Assembly (NCBI GenBank): GCA_044892525.1
Contig: CM097885.1
Span: forward strand, 4,528,001 to 4,592,000
DNA: 64,000 nucleotides
Reading direction: 5' to 3'
From: Schmidtea polychroa
Lineage: Eukaryota
Below, piece after piece: positions 52,149 to 63,595 of this stretch. Below the pieces are notes generated by a model. It did not search any database. It was not told where the DNA came from and worked only from the letters and a program-made list of their open reading frames with translations. The translations under genes and the position numbers were made by a program. The first letter of the stretch is position 1; the number at the start of each line of letters is the position of its first letter.

Positions 52149-52719
52149 ATTAAATTGTTTTAATATTTTTAGTTAAATAGCTTTCGTAAATTATGTGAAA
52201 ATTTTAAAACATTTTAAATTTGCATAAAAAAAAACTGAAATTCTTTCAAAATAGGCAAAGCCAATCTAGAACTTTTATAAAAAATTGAGATTTCGTTTTA
52301 TTATTGAAATGCTCGCTTTATTTGGTAAATAGAAAACGTAGCAAATAAAAAAAGTCATTTTGAACCAATAGAATAAGCAGAAAATGTATAAAAACAAATT
52401 TCATTCTCAACAATTTGAACGAGCAATGCAAATCAATAAATCAATAAATCAATAAATCAATAGCTTAGGAAATATTGAAAATCTATAAAATCTATAAAAA
52501 TGATGAAGAAATTTTTAAATTGAAAATTTTAAAAATTAAAGTTTAGATCAATTTTTAAAAAAACAAAATAAGAAGATATTTTAATTAAAAATATCTTCGT
52601 AGAAAATTTGTTTAAATAAGAAAGATTAAGGAAGACATAATTTGATTTTGATATTTATTGAAATAAAATTAATGGAAACAAAAACTGATTTTAATGTTTT
52701 ACAGGATGAACCTCCTAAT

Positions 52720-53766
52720 ATGGTGGCAGCGGTAAACACGGACGCAATCACCGAAAGATTGCTACCAAAGGTATTCTGCCAAGGGGACGATTTGGAAAAG
52801 TTCATTAAAAGATGCGAAATTTATTTCGACGTCAAGGGAATCACGCAGAAGAAAGACCAGGAAAGATTAACATCTTGCATGATTGAGGAGGATCTCCTGG
52901 AAGTGTACGCCAAAACACTAAAAAAAGCCGAAGGATTCCAGGCTAGGTTGCGATTGGCATTCGATCGCGAAAGAGATGTTTTAAAGGATCTACAAAACTT
53001 GTTGAATTACAAGCGGAAGGGTGAAGAAATAGAAACGTATTTTAAAAAGGCGGAGGACCTTGTTGATAGGTTGTTCGAAAATAAAGAATTTACCAAAGAG
53101 AAATTAACAGCAAGGATGTTAATAGTATGTGCGGAGAATAAAAAAGTTGAGAAAGAAGTGATACTACGGAAGATAAAAAGCACAGAAGAAATAAAGGAAA
53201 CACTAACTCTGATGGACAAAGTAGACAAGCAAAGAGATCAGATAAACAGTATGAAAAGTTACGCCAGAGTGGTCTATCAGGAACCACAGGGAAGAGTGCA
53301 ATACAAGAAGAAAGAACAGAGAGAAGAAAGTATCCGAAGAGAAATGCCAGAATGCTGGTTATGCCACAAAATAGGACACACGAAAATTGATTGTCCAATA
53401 AAAGGTAAAATAGAATGCTGGACATGTCATAGAAGCGGACATATAAGTAGAAACTGTCGAGATAAAAAAGCTCCAAGATGTTTTGGGTGTGGGAAAGAAG
53501 GTCATATAAGAAGATTGTGTCAGGAAATACGTTGTGAAAGATGTAGCAGAAATGGTCATAGATCCAAGGAGTGTTATACAAAGATGAGGTACGGGAGAGC
53601 GACGGAGAGACAAAGATTCACGGGAAACAGATACAGTCGGATAAATGGTATCGAGGAAGAAGAAGAAAGGGAATCGTGTGTAGAGACAAATGAAGATAAT
53701 TTTAGGAAGACGTACCCAAACAACAGGGCTCCACCAGTAGAGGAGTTGGTTGGAGCCATATTCTAA
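52720..53766 (+). CDS. gag: Gag of Gypsy A
   Basis: CWLCHKIGHTKIDC, CWTCHRSGHISRNC, CFGCGKEGHIRRLC, CERCSRNGHRSKEC. Confidence 0.9.
   Translation: MVAAVNTDAITERLLPKVFCQGDDLEKFIKRCEIYFDVKGITQKKDQERLTSCMIEEDLLEVYAKTLKKAEGFQARLRLAFDRERDVLKDLQNLLNYKRKGEEIETYFKKAEDLVDRLFENKEFTKEKLTARMLIVCAENKKVEKEVILRKIKSTEEIKETLTLMDKVDKQRDQINSMKSYARVVYQEPQGRVQYKKKEQREESIRREMPECWLCHKIGHTKIDCPIKGKIECWTCHRSGHISRNCRDKKAPRCFGCGKEGHIRRLCQEIRCERCSRNGHRSKECYTKMRYGRATERQRFTGNRYSRINGIEEEEERESCVETNEDNFRKTYPNNRAPPVEELVGAIF
52721..52733 (+). promoter_or_regulatory. Primer binding site complementary to a tRNA-Leu 3' end
   Basis: TGGTGGCAGCGGT, the complement of ...ACCGCUGCCACCA. Confidence 0.75.
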
Positions 53767-55333
53767 CGGAAAATTTGATAGAATATCCTCAAGGGGCAGA
53801 AAAGTGGGAGAATGTTGGAAGGGTAAGCGAGAAAGTATACAGGTTCCTAAAGAGAGAAATGTTTGAAGAGGAAGTGGAAAGAATTGGAACCATTGAAACG
53901 GAGCAGGTTGTTGAAATTTTGTATAACAGAATGCAAGGAAGGCCTAGTATAACAGTAAGGATGAATGGGGAAAATTTCGACTGTTTATTAGACACTGGGA
54001 CAAGAATCAATGTAATGAGTGTGAACTGTTTCAACAAGCTACGAGGACAACAATTGACGAAAAGTGACGATAAGTTACGATGCGCAAACGAGAGTACGAT
54101 CGAGACAATAGGAAAATTGAGGGTGCAAGTAACCATTGGAAATGTTTCGAAGGAAGTAATATTCATTGTGGCGGAGAAAGTGACACCAGACGTGATTGGA
54201 GAAATCGAATTACAAGAAACATTTGGATTTAGACTGTTAAAAATTAAAGATATCGAGGCTAGTGAGAAAGACAAGAACTATATTTGTAACATTGAAGCAA
54301 AATTTTGCAGAAAAATAAAGGATGAAGAACGATTGATACGAGCGTTGGAACAGTTAAAGATCAATGAAGATAGCAAATTAAAGGAAATTATAACAAACAG
54401 TGGAAACGTGTTTATGGCAGATAAATGGGATGTGGGTCGCACACATTTGGTAAAACACAAGATAGTTACAAGAGGTGAGCCGATAAACATAAAACCATAT
54501 CGCCAACCACTAAATTTGGAATCAAAGATTGAAGAAGCAATACAAAATTTGTACGAAAATGGAATTATACGCAAATGTAACTCTCCATGGAATACACCGC
54601 TAATATGTGTATGGAAAAAAGAGAAAAAGGATATTAGACTATGCTTGGACTTTAGACAGCTGAACGCGGTAACAGAGAGGCAGGCATTTCCAATGCCAAA
54701 CATAGACGAGATGTTGGATTTGTTAGGAGGATCCGTCTTTTTCAGCTCAATCGATCTAGGTAATGCATATTACCAAGTGGAACTAGAAGAAGAATCACAG
54801 GAGAAAACAGCTTTCTCAACAAAGAACGGACAATATTGTTTCAACAGAATGCCGTTTGGAATTGCAGCAGCACCAGGTACGTTCCAAGAAATGATGACAA
54901 AAGTATTAGGCAAAATAAAGGGAGCAATGGTGTATTTGGACGACATCTTGATTTATTCAAGCAGTAAAGAGAAACACTATACAATACTCAAAGAAGTGTT
55001 AAAGGCGATTGAGGAAGCAGGCCTAAGGATTAATCCAGAAAAATGCTAAATAATAAAGGAAGAAATCAGATTCTTAGGACACATAATCAGCAAGGAAGGA
55101 GTACAGACAGATCCATCTAAAATTCAGGCCATACAGAACTTTGGGAAGCCTAATTGCGTAAAGAAACTCCGAAGCTTTTTAGGTATTTGCAATTATTATA
55201 GAATATTCATCAGTGATTATGCAAAGAAGGGAAGGATGTTAGAACAATTATGTAGCGGACCAAGTAACAAAAAATTAGAATGGAGTGAAGGAACGAATAG
55301 CGTGTTTGAGGGATTGAAATTAGCACTTACGAC
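53715..55333 (+). pseudogene. pol: Pol of Gypsy A (-1 frame to gag), premature stop at 55047-55049
   Basis: CLLDTG, SPWNTP, LCLDFR, YLDD; the frame continues past TAA with FLGHII and LRSFLG. Confidence 0.9.
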
Positions 55334-55486
55334 AAAAAAACAAAAAAAAACAGAAACAAAAACAAACAAATAAAAACATAAAAAATACAACACAAAAGAA
55401 AATAAAAAACGTTATTGTATGTTATATTTTTTTTTGGTTACATTTTATTGACTCATGTTAACCTCCGGTTTTAAAGGGGGAAGTTA

Positions 55487-57072
55487 TGTAATGTATAGTT
55501 ATTTTTACTACCCTAAGTTCTTGTCTATAAGCCGCGGCTTATCTAAAAAAAAATCAACCCGACATTCATAAAAACAGTATCGGCTTATACATAAGTACGG
55601 CTTATACACAAAATATATTAAATGAAAAGGTTATGCATTTTTAAAAAAATATTTGCCCACTAATAATTTTCCTTTTAATTTAAATTCTCGATTAATCAAA
55701 GCCATCAAATTCTTCTCCTGATTCAGTATTGAAAAACTCAAGAATATCATTATAAGATGCTGGAATTTCTGATTCAATTTCGCTCTCGGATTCTTCTTCA
55801 AATTCTTCTTCGCTACAAGTGACCCTTATTGCCTCTTCATTTGAATATTCACAGATATTCGCAGCCTTAAATCCATTTTTAATGCAATCCACCGTTATTT
55901 CATCCCAGCATTCGTCGAACCAGTCTGCTACCATATGAGGGCCATTTCCTATTATGCGGTTTTGTAGACTATCTTGCTGTAAAAGATCAACGGGATGCCA
56001 TTACGCACGTTGAGGTCCAATAAATATGCGCGAAATTACTTAAAAACTTTACGGCTTATCCATGAGTCCGGCTTATCTAAGATAAAAAAAATTTTTTTTA
56101 ATATATGTGATTTAGAGAAACCGGTTTATGCACGAGTCCGGCTTATAGACAAGAACTTAGGGTAGTATTTTAGTATTCACAATTAGGGATTGTGAATACT
56201 AAAATATAAATTGTCACAATCTGGAAAATCCAGATTTTTAAAAAAAAACTATAGTAAATTATCGCTATAGTAAATTGCTAAAATTAATAAGAAATTCGAA
56301 AATAAATAATTCGCAAATTAATTCAAGTTAAAACGAGTTATCAAGTTGTAAAAAAAACTCCAATTCCAACTCCAATTATTAACTAAATATTCAAATCCCT
56401 TATAGAAGTAGAAATCAAGTTCAAACCTAATTGTAAGTCAAGGATTGAGCTCTGTTATTAGAACAAGAATAAAGTTGGAAATAAAGTCTCCAATACCAAC
56501 TGTTAACTAAATATTCAAATCCCTTATAGAAGCAGAAATCAAGTTCAAACCTAATTGTAAGTCAAGGATTGAGTTCTGTTATTAGAACAAGGATCAAGTT
56601 GAAAATAAAGTCTATAATACCTACTGTTAATTAAATATCCAAATCCCCTATAAAAGTAAAAGTCAAGTCCAGACCCAATTACAAGCCAAGGATAGAGTTC
56701 GCACACGATAACAAAGGCCAAAGTTGAAATAATCGAACACAGTATTAATACTAAAGAAGATTTGAATTCAAGCTAATCTATCTTAAACTGCAAGCTTCCA
56801 ATCCTATCTCTAGGTAAAGGACCAGATTCAAATCCTAGTCAAACTATTTCCGAACTCAAGGTTTTAGAATTTTTGTTTTTGAATAAAAGTTTTTGTCATA
56901 ATCTATATTATTGTTAGTTATTATTTTTATTTTTTATTCATTATACAGCACTCACCCCGATTGTCCCAATACATTTTATCGGTGACTCTTTCGGGCTCAA
57001 CAATTTTCTTATTAAACATACACGAACATACGAAAACATACAACAATTTTCTTATCAAACATACACTTAACA
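55487..57072 (+). repeat. 5' LTR of Gypsy B (contains a pogo-type insertion and 3x124 bp internal repeats)
   Basis: Matches 61829-62757; repeat anchors at 56381, 56505 and 56629. Confidence 0.93.
55511..56162 (-). mobile_element. Non-autonomous pogo/Tigger-type transposon with TA TSD
   Basis: TIR CCCTAAGTTCTTGTCTATAAGCCG at both ends; empty site ttttacTAgtatt in the 3' LTR; internal transposase tail VADWFDECWDEITVDCIKNGFKAANIC (55692-55934). Confidence 0.92.
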
Positions 57073-57074
57073 TT

Positions 57075-57086
57075 TGGTGTCAGAAG
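57075..57086 (+). promoter_or_regulatory. Primer binding site, tRNA-Leu(CAA)-like
   Basis: TGGTGTCAGAAG two bases after the LTR end. Confidence 0.8.
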
Positions 57087-57274
57087 CAAAGCAAACACAA
57101 CACGACACTCGCATTCGACGTTTTCTTTCAATCACGAAACCTTTCAGCATAGTTATTATAGAACTATAAAGGCTAGTGACACTGTTGGCCGAACACAGTA
57201 GGCCATATCCTTCAAACAAACCACTATTTTTTTTGCACAACAAACAATAAAAAAAAACAGCAACAAAACAATTG

Positions 57275-58414
57275 ATGGCTTCAAATCAAACAAATCCAAC
57301 AAATATTCCACAAACACCCAACAACTACGATAATACTCAAACACCTGAAAGTACCAATTACTACTACAACCCAAACACCAACCCAGAAAACACACATACC
57401 ATTAATTCAATAATCAACCCAAAAACAAATATCCCCAACTATTTCACAGATGACAACGGAACACCGCAAAAATGGTTAGAATTCGCGAAACTAACCTTAA
57501 CGCTATCGGGAGTCAAGTCAACAAAATCCTTATGCTCCAACATAATAGCGGCACTACCAAGCAACAAATTAAACGAAATCGCCGATCAAATCGATGAAAT
57601 ATCAAAAGACGACGACCCTTTTACAAAACTGTGTAACATATTGACCAACAAAAACAAGGTCAACAGAAGGCAAATGCTAGAGTCATGCCTCAACAATACA
57701 CAGTTAGGGGACAACAAGCCCACAGATTTCCTACGACAATTAAAACAAAAACTGGAGTACCTACAACCAAACATAACAAACTCCGGTTCCAACGAATTGG
57801 TGAAAGAATTTTTCATGCGCGCTATGCCACCGGAAATCAGACGAATCCTAGCCGCTAGCAGTAACGCTGACGTTGAAACACTCGCTGACATAACGGATAA
57901 AATAAACGAAGAAATCTACCCCACAATCTGCAGTACCCAAAACTACAACAGAAATAAAACTAATCACAACATCCAACCAACCAACAAAAACACAGAACCA
58001 AATGAAACAACAAACCGATTAATAAACACCTTGATCAGCAAATTCGACGAAATAATCGCCGAAAACAGACAAATAAAACCGGAACTAGCCGAAATAAAAG
58101 AGAAATACAACAGGCAAAATTTCAATCCAAACGAAAACAGAGACCTACTCAACAGAAACAATTTCAACACAGACCAACTATCATATAATCACAACAGACA
58201 GAACTACAGCCACAGACAACCCCCAAACGGACATTACAGAAACCGGTCAAACTCACCAAACCGATACAACAACTACCGAAACAGCAGCCCAGAAAGGAAT
58301 CCAAGAAATGATTTCCTAAACAAAAACCACTGCTACTTTCACAACAAATTCAGCGACAAAGCATATAAATGCATAAAACCCTGCGAATTCCACAAAACAG
58401 AGCAGGAAAACTAA
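57275..58414 (+). CDS. gag: Gag of Gypsy B
   Basis: QLGDNKPTDFLRQL, C-terminal CYFHNKFSDKAYKCIKPC motif; follows the PBS. Confidence 0.9.
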   Translation: MASNQTNPTNIPQTPNNYDNTQTPESTNYYYNPNTNPENTHTINSIINPKTNIPNYFTDDNGTPQKWLEFAKLTLTLSGVKSTKSLCSNIIAALPSNKLNEIADQIDEISKDDDPFTKLCNILTNKNKVNRRQMLESCLNNTQLGDNKPTDFLRQLKQKLEYLQPNITNSGSNELVKEFFMRAMPPEIRRILAASSNADVETLADITDKINEEIYPTICSTQNYNRNKTNHNIQPTNKNTEPNETTNRLINTLISKFDEIIAENRQIKPELAEIKEKYNRQNFNPNENRDLLNRNNFNTDQLSYNHNRQNYSHRQPPNGHYRNRSNSPNRYNNYRNSSPERNPRNDFLNKNHCYFHNKFSDKAYKCIKPCEFHKTEQEN

Positions 58415-61400
58415 AAATGTCATCATTGATAGCACCCACATTTGGTGACAATAATAATACTTTCATGGTGCATTCAAACAATACAGACTTTCTAATCGAC
58501 ACAGGTTCCGTGATCTCACTATTACCACACTACTTATACAAAAATGCAAAAACTACAGAAAAGTCACTAACCGCTGCCAATGGCTCCAAAATTAAAACAT
58601 TTGGCCAACATACAATAACACTCACAATAAATTCAAAAAAATACAATTGGCCATTCACAATTGCAGAAGTACAACAGTCAATAATCGGGTCCGACTTCCT
58701 AGCAAATTACAACCTAATAGTGGACTGCCGAAACAAGAAAATAGTCGAAAACAACAAAACAGACAAAGAAACAGCCAGGAACACAACATCAAACTTTTCG
58801 AAAGTAGACATCGGCGTAATTCAAACAAGTACACCAACTATCAAAACAATTAAAACTATCGAACACGTACCAGAAATAGCCACACTACTGGAAAAATACA
58901 ATAAACTCTGTGAACCAGTAACTTTCGATGGAAATTCAAACCACACTAATGAACACGCAATACTGACAAACGGAAACCCAGTCCACTCAAAAGTAAGACC
59001 ATTGGATCCAAAAAAAATAGAAATCACAAAAAATATATTTAACGAACTGTTGGAAAACAATATAGTAAAACATTCAAACTCAGAATGGTCTTCAGCACTG
59101 ATGCTAAAACAAAAAGCTAACGGGGAATGGAGAGCTTGCGACGATTACAGGCTCCTGAACAAAATAACAGAGCCAGACAGCTACCCACTACCTATAATAA
59201 AAGACATAATAAATCGAATAAACGGCGCAAAATACTTTTCAAAAATCGATCTACAAAAAGCATATCATCAGATCCCAATTAGAAAAGAGGACATAAAAAA
59301 GACAGCAATAACAACACCAATCGGCATGTTCGAATACAACCAAATGCCATTTGGTTTACGAAATGCAGGAGCAACTTTCCAACGATTCATGGATCAAACA
59401 ATGAAAAACAACATAAACACAATCGCTTATCTGGACGACATCCTAATAACCAGCCCAGACAAAGAAACACATCTAAAGGACGTGGAAAAAGTGTTCAAAA
59501 CGCTGGACAATGCAAAACTAAAAATAAACACTCAAAAGTGCGAATTTATGAAAACGGAAATAAATTTCCTTGGCCATACGCTAAACGACAAAGGAACACA
59601 GCCAATAGAAAACAAAATAAACAATATAAAAAATTACAAACTGCCGACAAACACAAGAGAGTTGAGAAGATTTCTAGGAATGGTAAACTTTTATCATTCT
59701 TACATCCCAAACTGCAGTAAATTACTAGCACCACTAAACGATCTTATCAAAACAAAACGGAATGTCACAATAAACTGGACACAACAAACAACCGACACAT
59801 TCAATAAAGCCAAAGAAAGCCTATCAACGGCAACACTACTCGGTTACCCAGATCCAGAACTAGAGTACCAACTAACTACAGACTGTTCTGGTTTCGCAAT
59901 GGGCGCAACAATTTTCCAGGAAAATAAATTCGGCAAACAACCATTGGGATTTTTCTCGAGAAAACTAAAATCACATCAAACAAGATACTCAACATTCGAC
60001 AGAGAACTCCTAGCAATACACGAAGCAATCAAACACTTTCAACATTTACTCGAAGGACGAACCTTCAAGATATACACGGATCACAAACCGCTAACAAAAG
60101 CAATAGAAATGAAAAACCCTTCACCAAGGCAGATTAGGCAAATCAATTTCATTTCACAATTCAACTGCACAATAAACTACGTAGCAGGGAAATCAAACAT
60201 AGCAGCAGATGCTCTATCCAGAATTGAAAGTGACATAAACGGCCTAGAATTCGAAGAGATAATCGAATTGGATCAAATTAAATCCAAACAAAATGAAACA
60301 ATTAATAAACTCCCCACTAAACACACTTTGAAACTACAAGAATTCAACGGAGTATGGCACGACGTCTCCAACGAAAGCAACAAACGAATATTACTCCCGG
60401 AGGAATTCTGCCAAAACTGTATCAAAAAGATACACAAGATTAATCACCCGGGAAACAAAGTAACATTCGAGCTAATACACAACAACTATATATGGCCTAA
60501 CATGCGGAAAGATATCAAAAACTACGTCAAGAGTTGTCACAGCTGTCAACTAAACAAAACAACAAAAAAACTCAAAATACAAAAAGTAAACTTCCCAAGC
60601 AGCGAAATATTTGAAACAATACACACAGATGTGATAGGACCATTACCACCAAACGACAACTACAAATACCTCCTAACAATTATAGACAGGAAATCCAACT
60701 GGTTCGAAGTAATCCCAATAAAAGAAATCAGCGCGAAAAATATCTGTCAAATGATCGAACTAAATTGGATAGCTCGTTATGGCCAACCGAAAACAATCAT
60801 AACTGATCAAGGCAGACAATTCGAATCAGAAATGTTCAAAATACTGTGCAATAAATACAATATCAAAAGAAATCGAACAACAGCTTACAACCCACAATCA
60901 AATGGGAAAATTGAACGGTTTCACAGAACATTAAAAGAAAGCATCAGGACAAAAGCCAATGACCAAAACTGTTTAAACCAACTCCCAACAATATTAATCG
61001 GACTAAGAAATAGCCCAAACTCAACAGATAATGAAAGTCCAGCATACAAAATTTTCGGAAAAGCAACAAACTTGCCATCACTTAAATCAGATACAAACAA
61101 AAACACCGAAAACAGCAAACAGATAACAAACAAAAATAGCGAAACCACCGAACAGAAACCAAAAGGAATTTTAAAAAGAAGACCGGACTCCGAATTAGAC
61201 GGAAAAATAGTATTAACAACAGAGTTCATCTTAATAAAAAAACCATTCACAAAAGGATTCGAATCCAAATACGAAGGTCCATTCAAACTCCTGGAAATCA
61301 ACAAGAACGTCGCCACAATAATTAAAAATAACAACAAAATGAAAATAAACATCAGACGGATAAAACCATACCACAAGAATATAGACCCCCAAAACGACTC

Positions 61401-61554
61401 GCCGAAAGACAAAACACAAACCCAAACACAAACAAAAAAACAACCAATTCACAAAAAAATCACATTCAACCACAAAAATTCAATCAAAATATTCGACAAA
61501 GACACAATACTGACTCCACTATACAAAAAACGCTACAGCGAATGCTTTAAATAA
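58405..61554 (+). CDS. pol: Pol of Gypsy B (PR-RT-RNase H-IN), probably expressed by -1 frameshift
   Basis: FLIDTGS, YLDD, LTTDCS/DRELLA/YTDHKP/ADALSR, H..NH...CHSC, IHTD, TDQGRQFES, NGKIERFHR; G GAA AAC immediately before the gag stop. Confidence 0.95.
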   Translation, partial: GKLKMSSLIAPTFGDNNNTFMVHSNNTDFLIDTGSVISLLPHYLYKNAKTTEKSLTAANGSKIKTFGQHTITLTINSKKYNWPFTIAEVQQSIIGSDFLANYNLIVDCRNKKIVENNKTDKETARNTTSNFSKVDIGVIQTSTPTIKTIKTIEHVPEIATLLEKYNKLCEPVTFDGNSNHTNEHAILTNGNPVHSKVRPLDPKKIEITKNIFNELLENNIVKHSNSEWSSALMLKQKANGEWRACDDYRLLNKITEPDSYPLPIIKDIINRINGAKYFSKIDLQKAYHQIPIRKEDIKKTAITTPIGMFEYNQMPFGLRNAGATFQRFMDQTMKNNINTIAYLDDILITSPDKETHLKDVEKVFKTLDNAKLKINTQKCEFMKTEINFLGHTLNDKGTQPIENKINNIKNYKLPTNTRELRRFLGMVNFYHSYIPNCSKLLAPLNDLIKTKRNVTINWTQQTTDTFNKAKESLSTATLLGYPDPELEYQLTTDCSGFAMGATIFQENKFGKQPLGFFSRKLKSHQTRYSTFDRELLAIHEAIKHFQHLLEGRTFKIYTDHKPLTKAIEMKNPSPRQIRQINFISQFNCTINYVAGKSNIAADALSRIESDINGLEFEEIIELDQIKSKQNETINKLPTKHTLKLQEFNGVWHDVSNESNKRILLPEEFCQNCIKKIHKINHPGNKVTFELIHNNYIWPNMRKDIKNYVKSCHSCQLNKTTKKLKIQKVNFPSSEIFETIHTDVIGPLPPNDNYKYLLTIIDRKSNWFEVIPIKEISAKNICQMIELNWIARYGQPKTIITDQGRQFESEMFKILCNKYNIKRNRTTAYNPQSNGKIERFHRTLKESIRTKANDQNCLNQLPTILIGLRNSPNSTDNESPAYKIFGKATNLPSLKSDTNKNTENSKQITNKNSETTEQKPKGILKRRPDSELDGKIVLTTEFILIKKPFTKGFESKYEGPFKLLEINKNVATIIKNNNKMKINIRRIKPYHKNIDPQNDSPKDKTQTQTQTKKQPIHKKITFNHKNSIKIFDKDTILTPLYKKRYSECFK

Positions 61555-61828
61555 AAACACAAACATACACAAACAAACACATGCACAAACAGCGTTAATT
61601 GTACAGTTTTTATTTTTCTTGTAAATACAAAACAAAATGTAAATTTTTAATGTTATTGAGGTTGTGAACATATAAAAAAAAACAAAAAAAAACAGAAACA
61701 AAAACAAACAAATAAAAACATAAAAAATACAACACAAAAGAAAATAAAAAACGTTATTGTATGTTATATTTTTTTTTGGTTACATTTTATTGACTCATGT
61801 TAACCTCCGGTTTTAAAGGGGGAAGTTA

Positions 61829-62757
61829 TGTAATGTATAGTTATTTTTACTAGTATTTTAGTATTCACAATTAGGGATTGTGAATACTAAAATATAAATT
61901 GTCACAATCTGGAAAATCCAGATTTTTTTAAAAAAAACTATATAGCGATAATTTACTATTGCAAAAATTAATAAAAAAATCGAAAATAAAGAATTCGCAA
62001 ATTAATTCAAGTTAAAACGAGTTATCAAGTTGTAAACAAAAACTCCAATTCCAACTCCAATCATTAACTAAATTTTCAAATCCCTTATAGAAGTAGAAAT
62101 CAAGTTCAAACCTAATTGTAAGTCAAGGATTGAGCTCTGTTACTAGAACAAGAATAAAGTTGAAAATAAAGTCTCCAATACCAACTGTTAACTAAATATC
62201 CAAATCCCTTATAGAAGTAGAAATCAAGTTCAAACCTAATTGTAAGTCAAGGATTGAGCTCTGTTATTAGAACAAGGATAAAGTTGGAAATAAAGTCTAC
62301 AATACCTACTGTTAATTAAATATCCAAATCCCCTATAAAAGTAAAAGTCAAGTTCAGACCCAATTACAAGCCAAGGATAGAGTTCGGATACGATGACAAA
62401 AGTCAAAATTGAAATAATCGAACATAGTATTAATACTAAAGAAGATTAGAATTCAAGCTAATCTATCTTAAACTGCAAGCTTCCAATCCTATCTCTAGGT
62501 AAAGGACCAGATTCAAATCCTAGTCAAACTATTTCCGAACTCAAGGTTTTAGAATTTTTGTTTTTGAATAAAAGTTTTTGTCATAATCTATATTATTGTT
62601 AGTTATTATTTTTATTTTTTATTCATTATACAGCACTCACCCCGATTGTCCCAATACATTTTATCGGTGACTCTTTCGGGCTCAACAATTTTCTTATTAA
62701 ACATACACGAACATACGAAAACATCCAACAATTTTCTTATCAAACATACACTTAACA
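61829..62757 (+). repeat. 3' LTR of Gypsy B
   Basis: TG...CA, preceded by the PPT; matches the 5' LTR. Confidence 0.95.
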
Positions 62758-62992
62758 CAGATCAATAAATGGATCTGCACAAAGCTCATTAAATGCTGAT
62801 CCAATTTGATCCAATCAGCATTAAATGCGGTTACAGCTGATCCACGGCATCAATAATGTTGCAATCAGTTTATAATTGGGCAAATGCATCAATAACTGAA
62901 TCAGACAAATTGATCCACCAGAACAAGGCAAATAATAAATCAGACCAAAACCAAAATAAATCAATTTTTATTGAAATGTTTGTTTAAATTTG

Positions 62993-63595
62993 TCATTTTT
63001 CAATTCTGCACCTGAGCAGCAATTTATCCGATACGGCAGCAGCTTCTTCGAAGAAGACTAAGATTGAATAATCAGGAAAATAAATGTCAACTGGATCATT
63101 TATGTCATTTGATGGTTTCCTCCATACGCGACTATTAGGCCAAACTGAATATTTTTTTGAATTACTTTTCAAAAAGCTTCAATTTGCTGAATTGATCATA
63201 TCGACTGTCACCGATTGCTTAAACGGCCAATCCAATCGCTCATCATTTTCCCCGCGAATAAAGCAGAAATCAACATAAATTAGATCCCTAACTATATCAA
63301 GATCCTCAATCATCAACCTCAAGCACATTTTGTAACCGAGTGGCCCGGAATAAAATGCCTTGCTATAAATATATTTATCTTTCTCTTGTTTTGAAAATTT
63401 ATCAATTTCCCATTCAAAAAATCCATAATTTATATATTCATTTGCAAAAGTGGCATATTTTGCAATCTCAAGCTGATACTGAATCTAAAATTCAAACATT
63501 TCAATAAATTAATAAATCACTTTTTCATCCTTCTCTCTCTGCAGCTGCCTGGATTTCACTATACACTCTTTTAATCGCCGTTCCAAATCCTCCAT
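62993..63595 (-). pseudogene. RING-less TRAF paralogue (short coiled coil + MATH) with in-frame TGA
   Basis: Exon 63595-63521, 42 nt intron, exon 63478-62993: YINYGFFEWEI, AFYSGPLGYKMCL, RGENDERLDWPFKQSVT; stop at 63181-63179; ends DKLLLRCRIEK*. Confidence 0.88.

Larger units (their letters stand above)
52149..55333 (+). mobile_element. Gypsy element A: partial 5' LTR, PBS, gag, pol truncated after RT
   Basis: CCAAT and TATAAAA near 52365-52392, PBS at 52721, gag with four CCHC knuckles, protease DTG, RT YLDD; breaks at 55333. Confidence 0.9.
55487..62757 (+). mobile_element. Near-complete Gypsy element B with two LTRs
   Basis: LTRs TGTAATG...TTAACA at 55487-57072 (with a 652 bp insertion) and 61829-62757; PBS at 57075; PPT AAAGGGGGAAG before 61829; open gag and pol. 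Confidence 0.95.
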
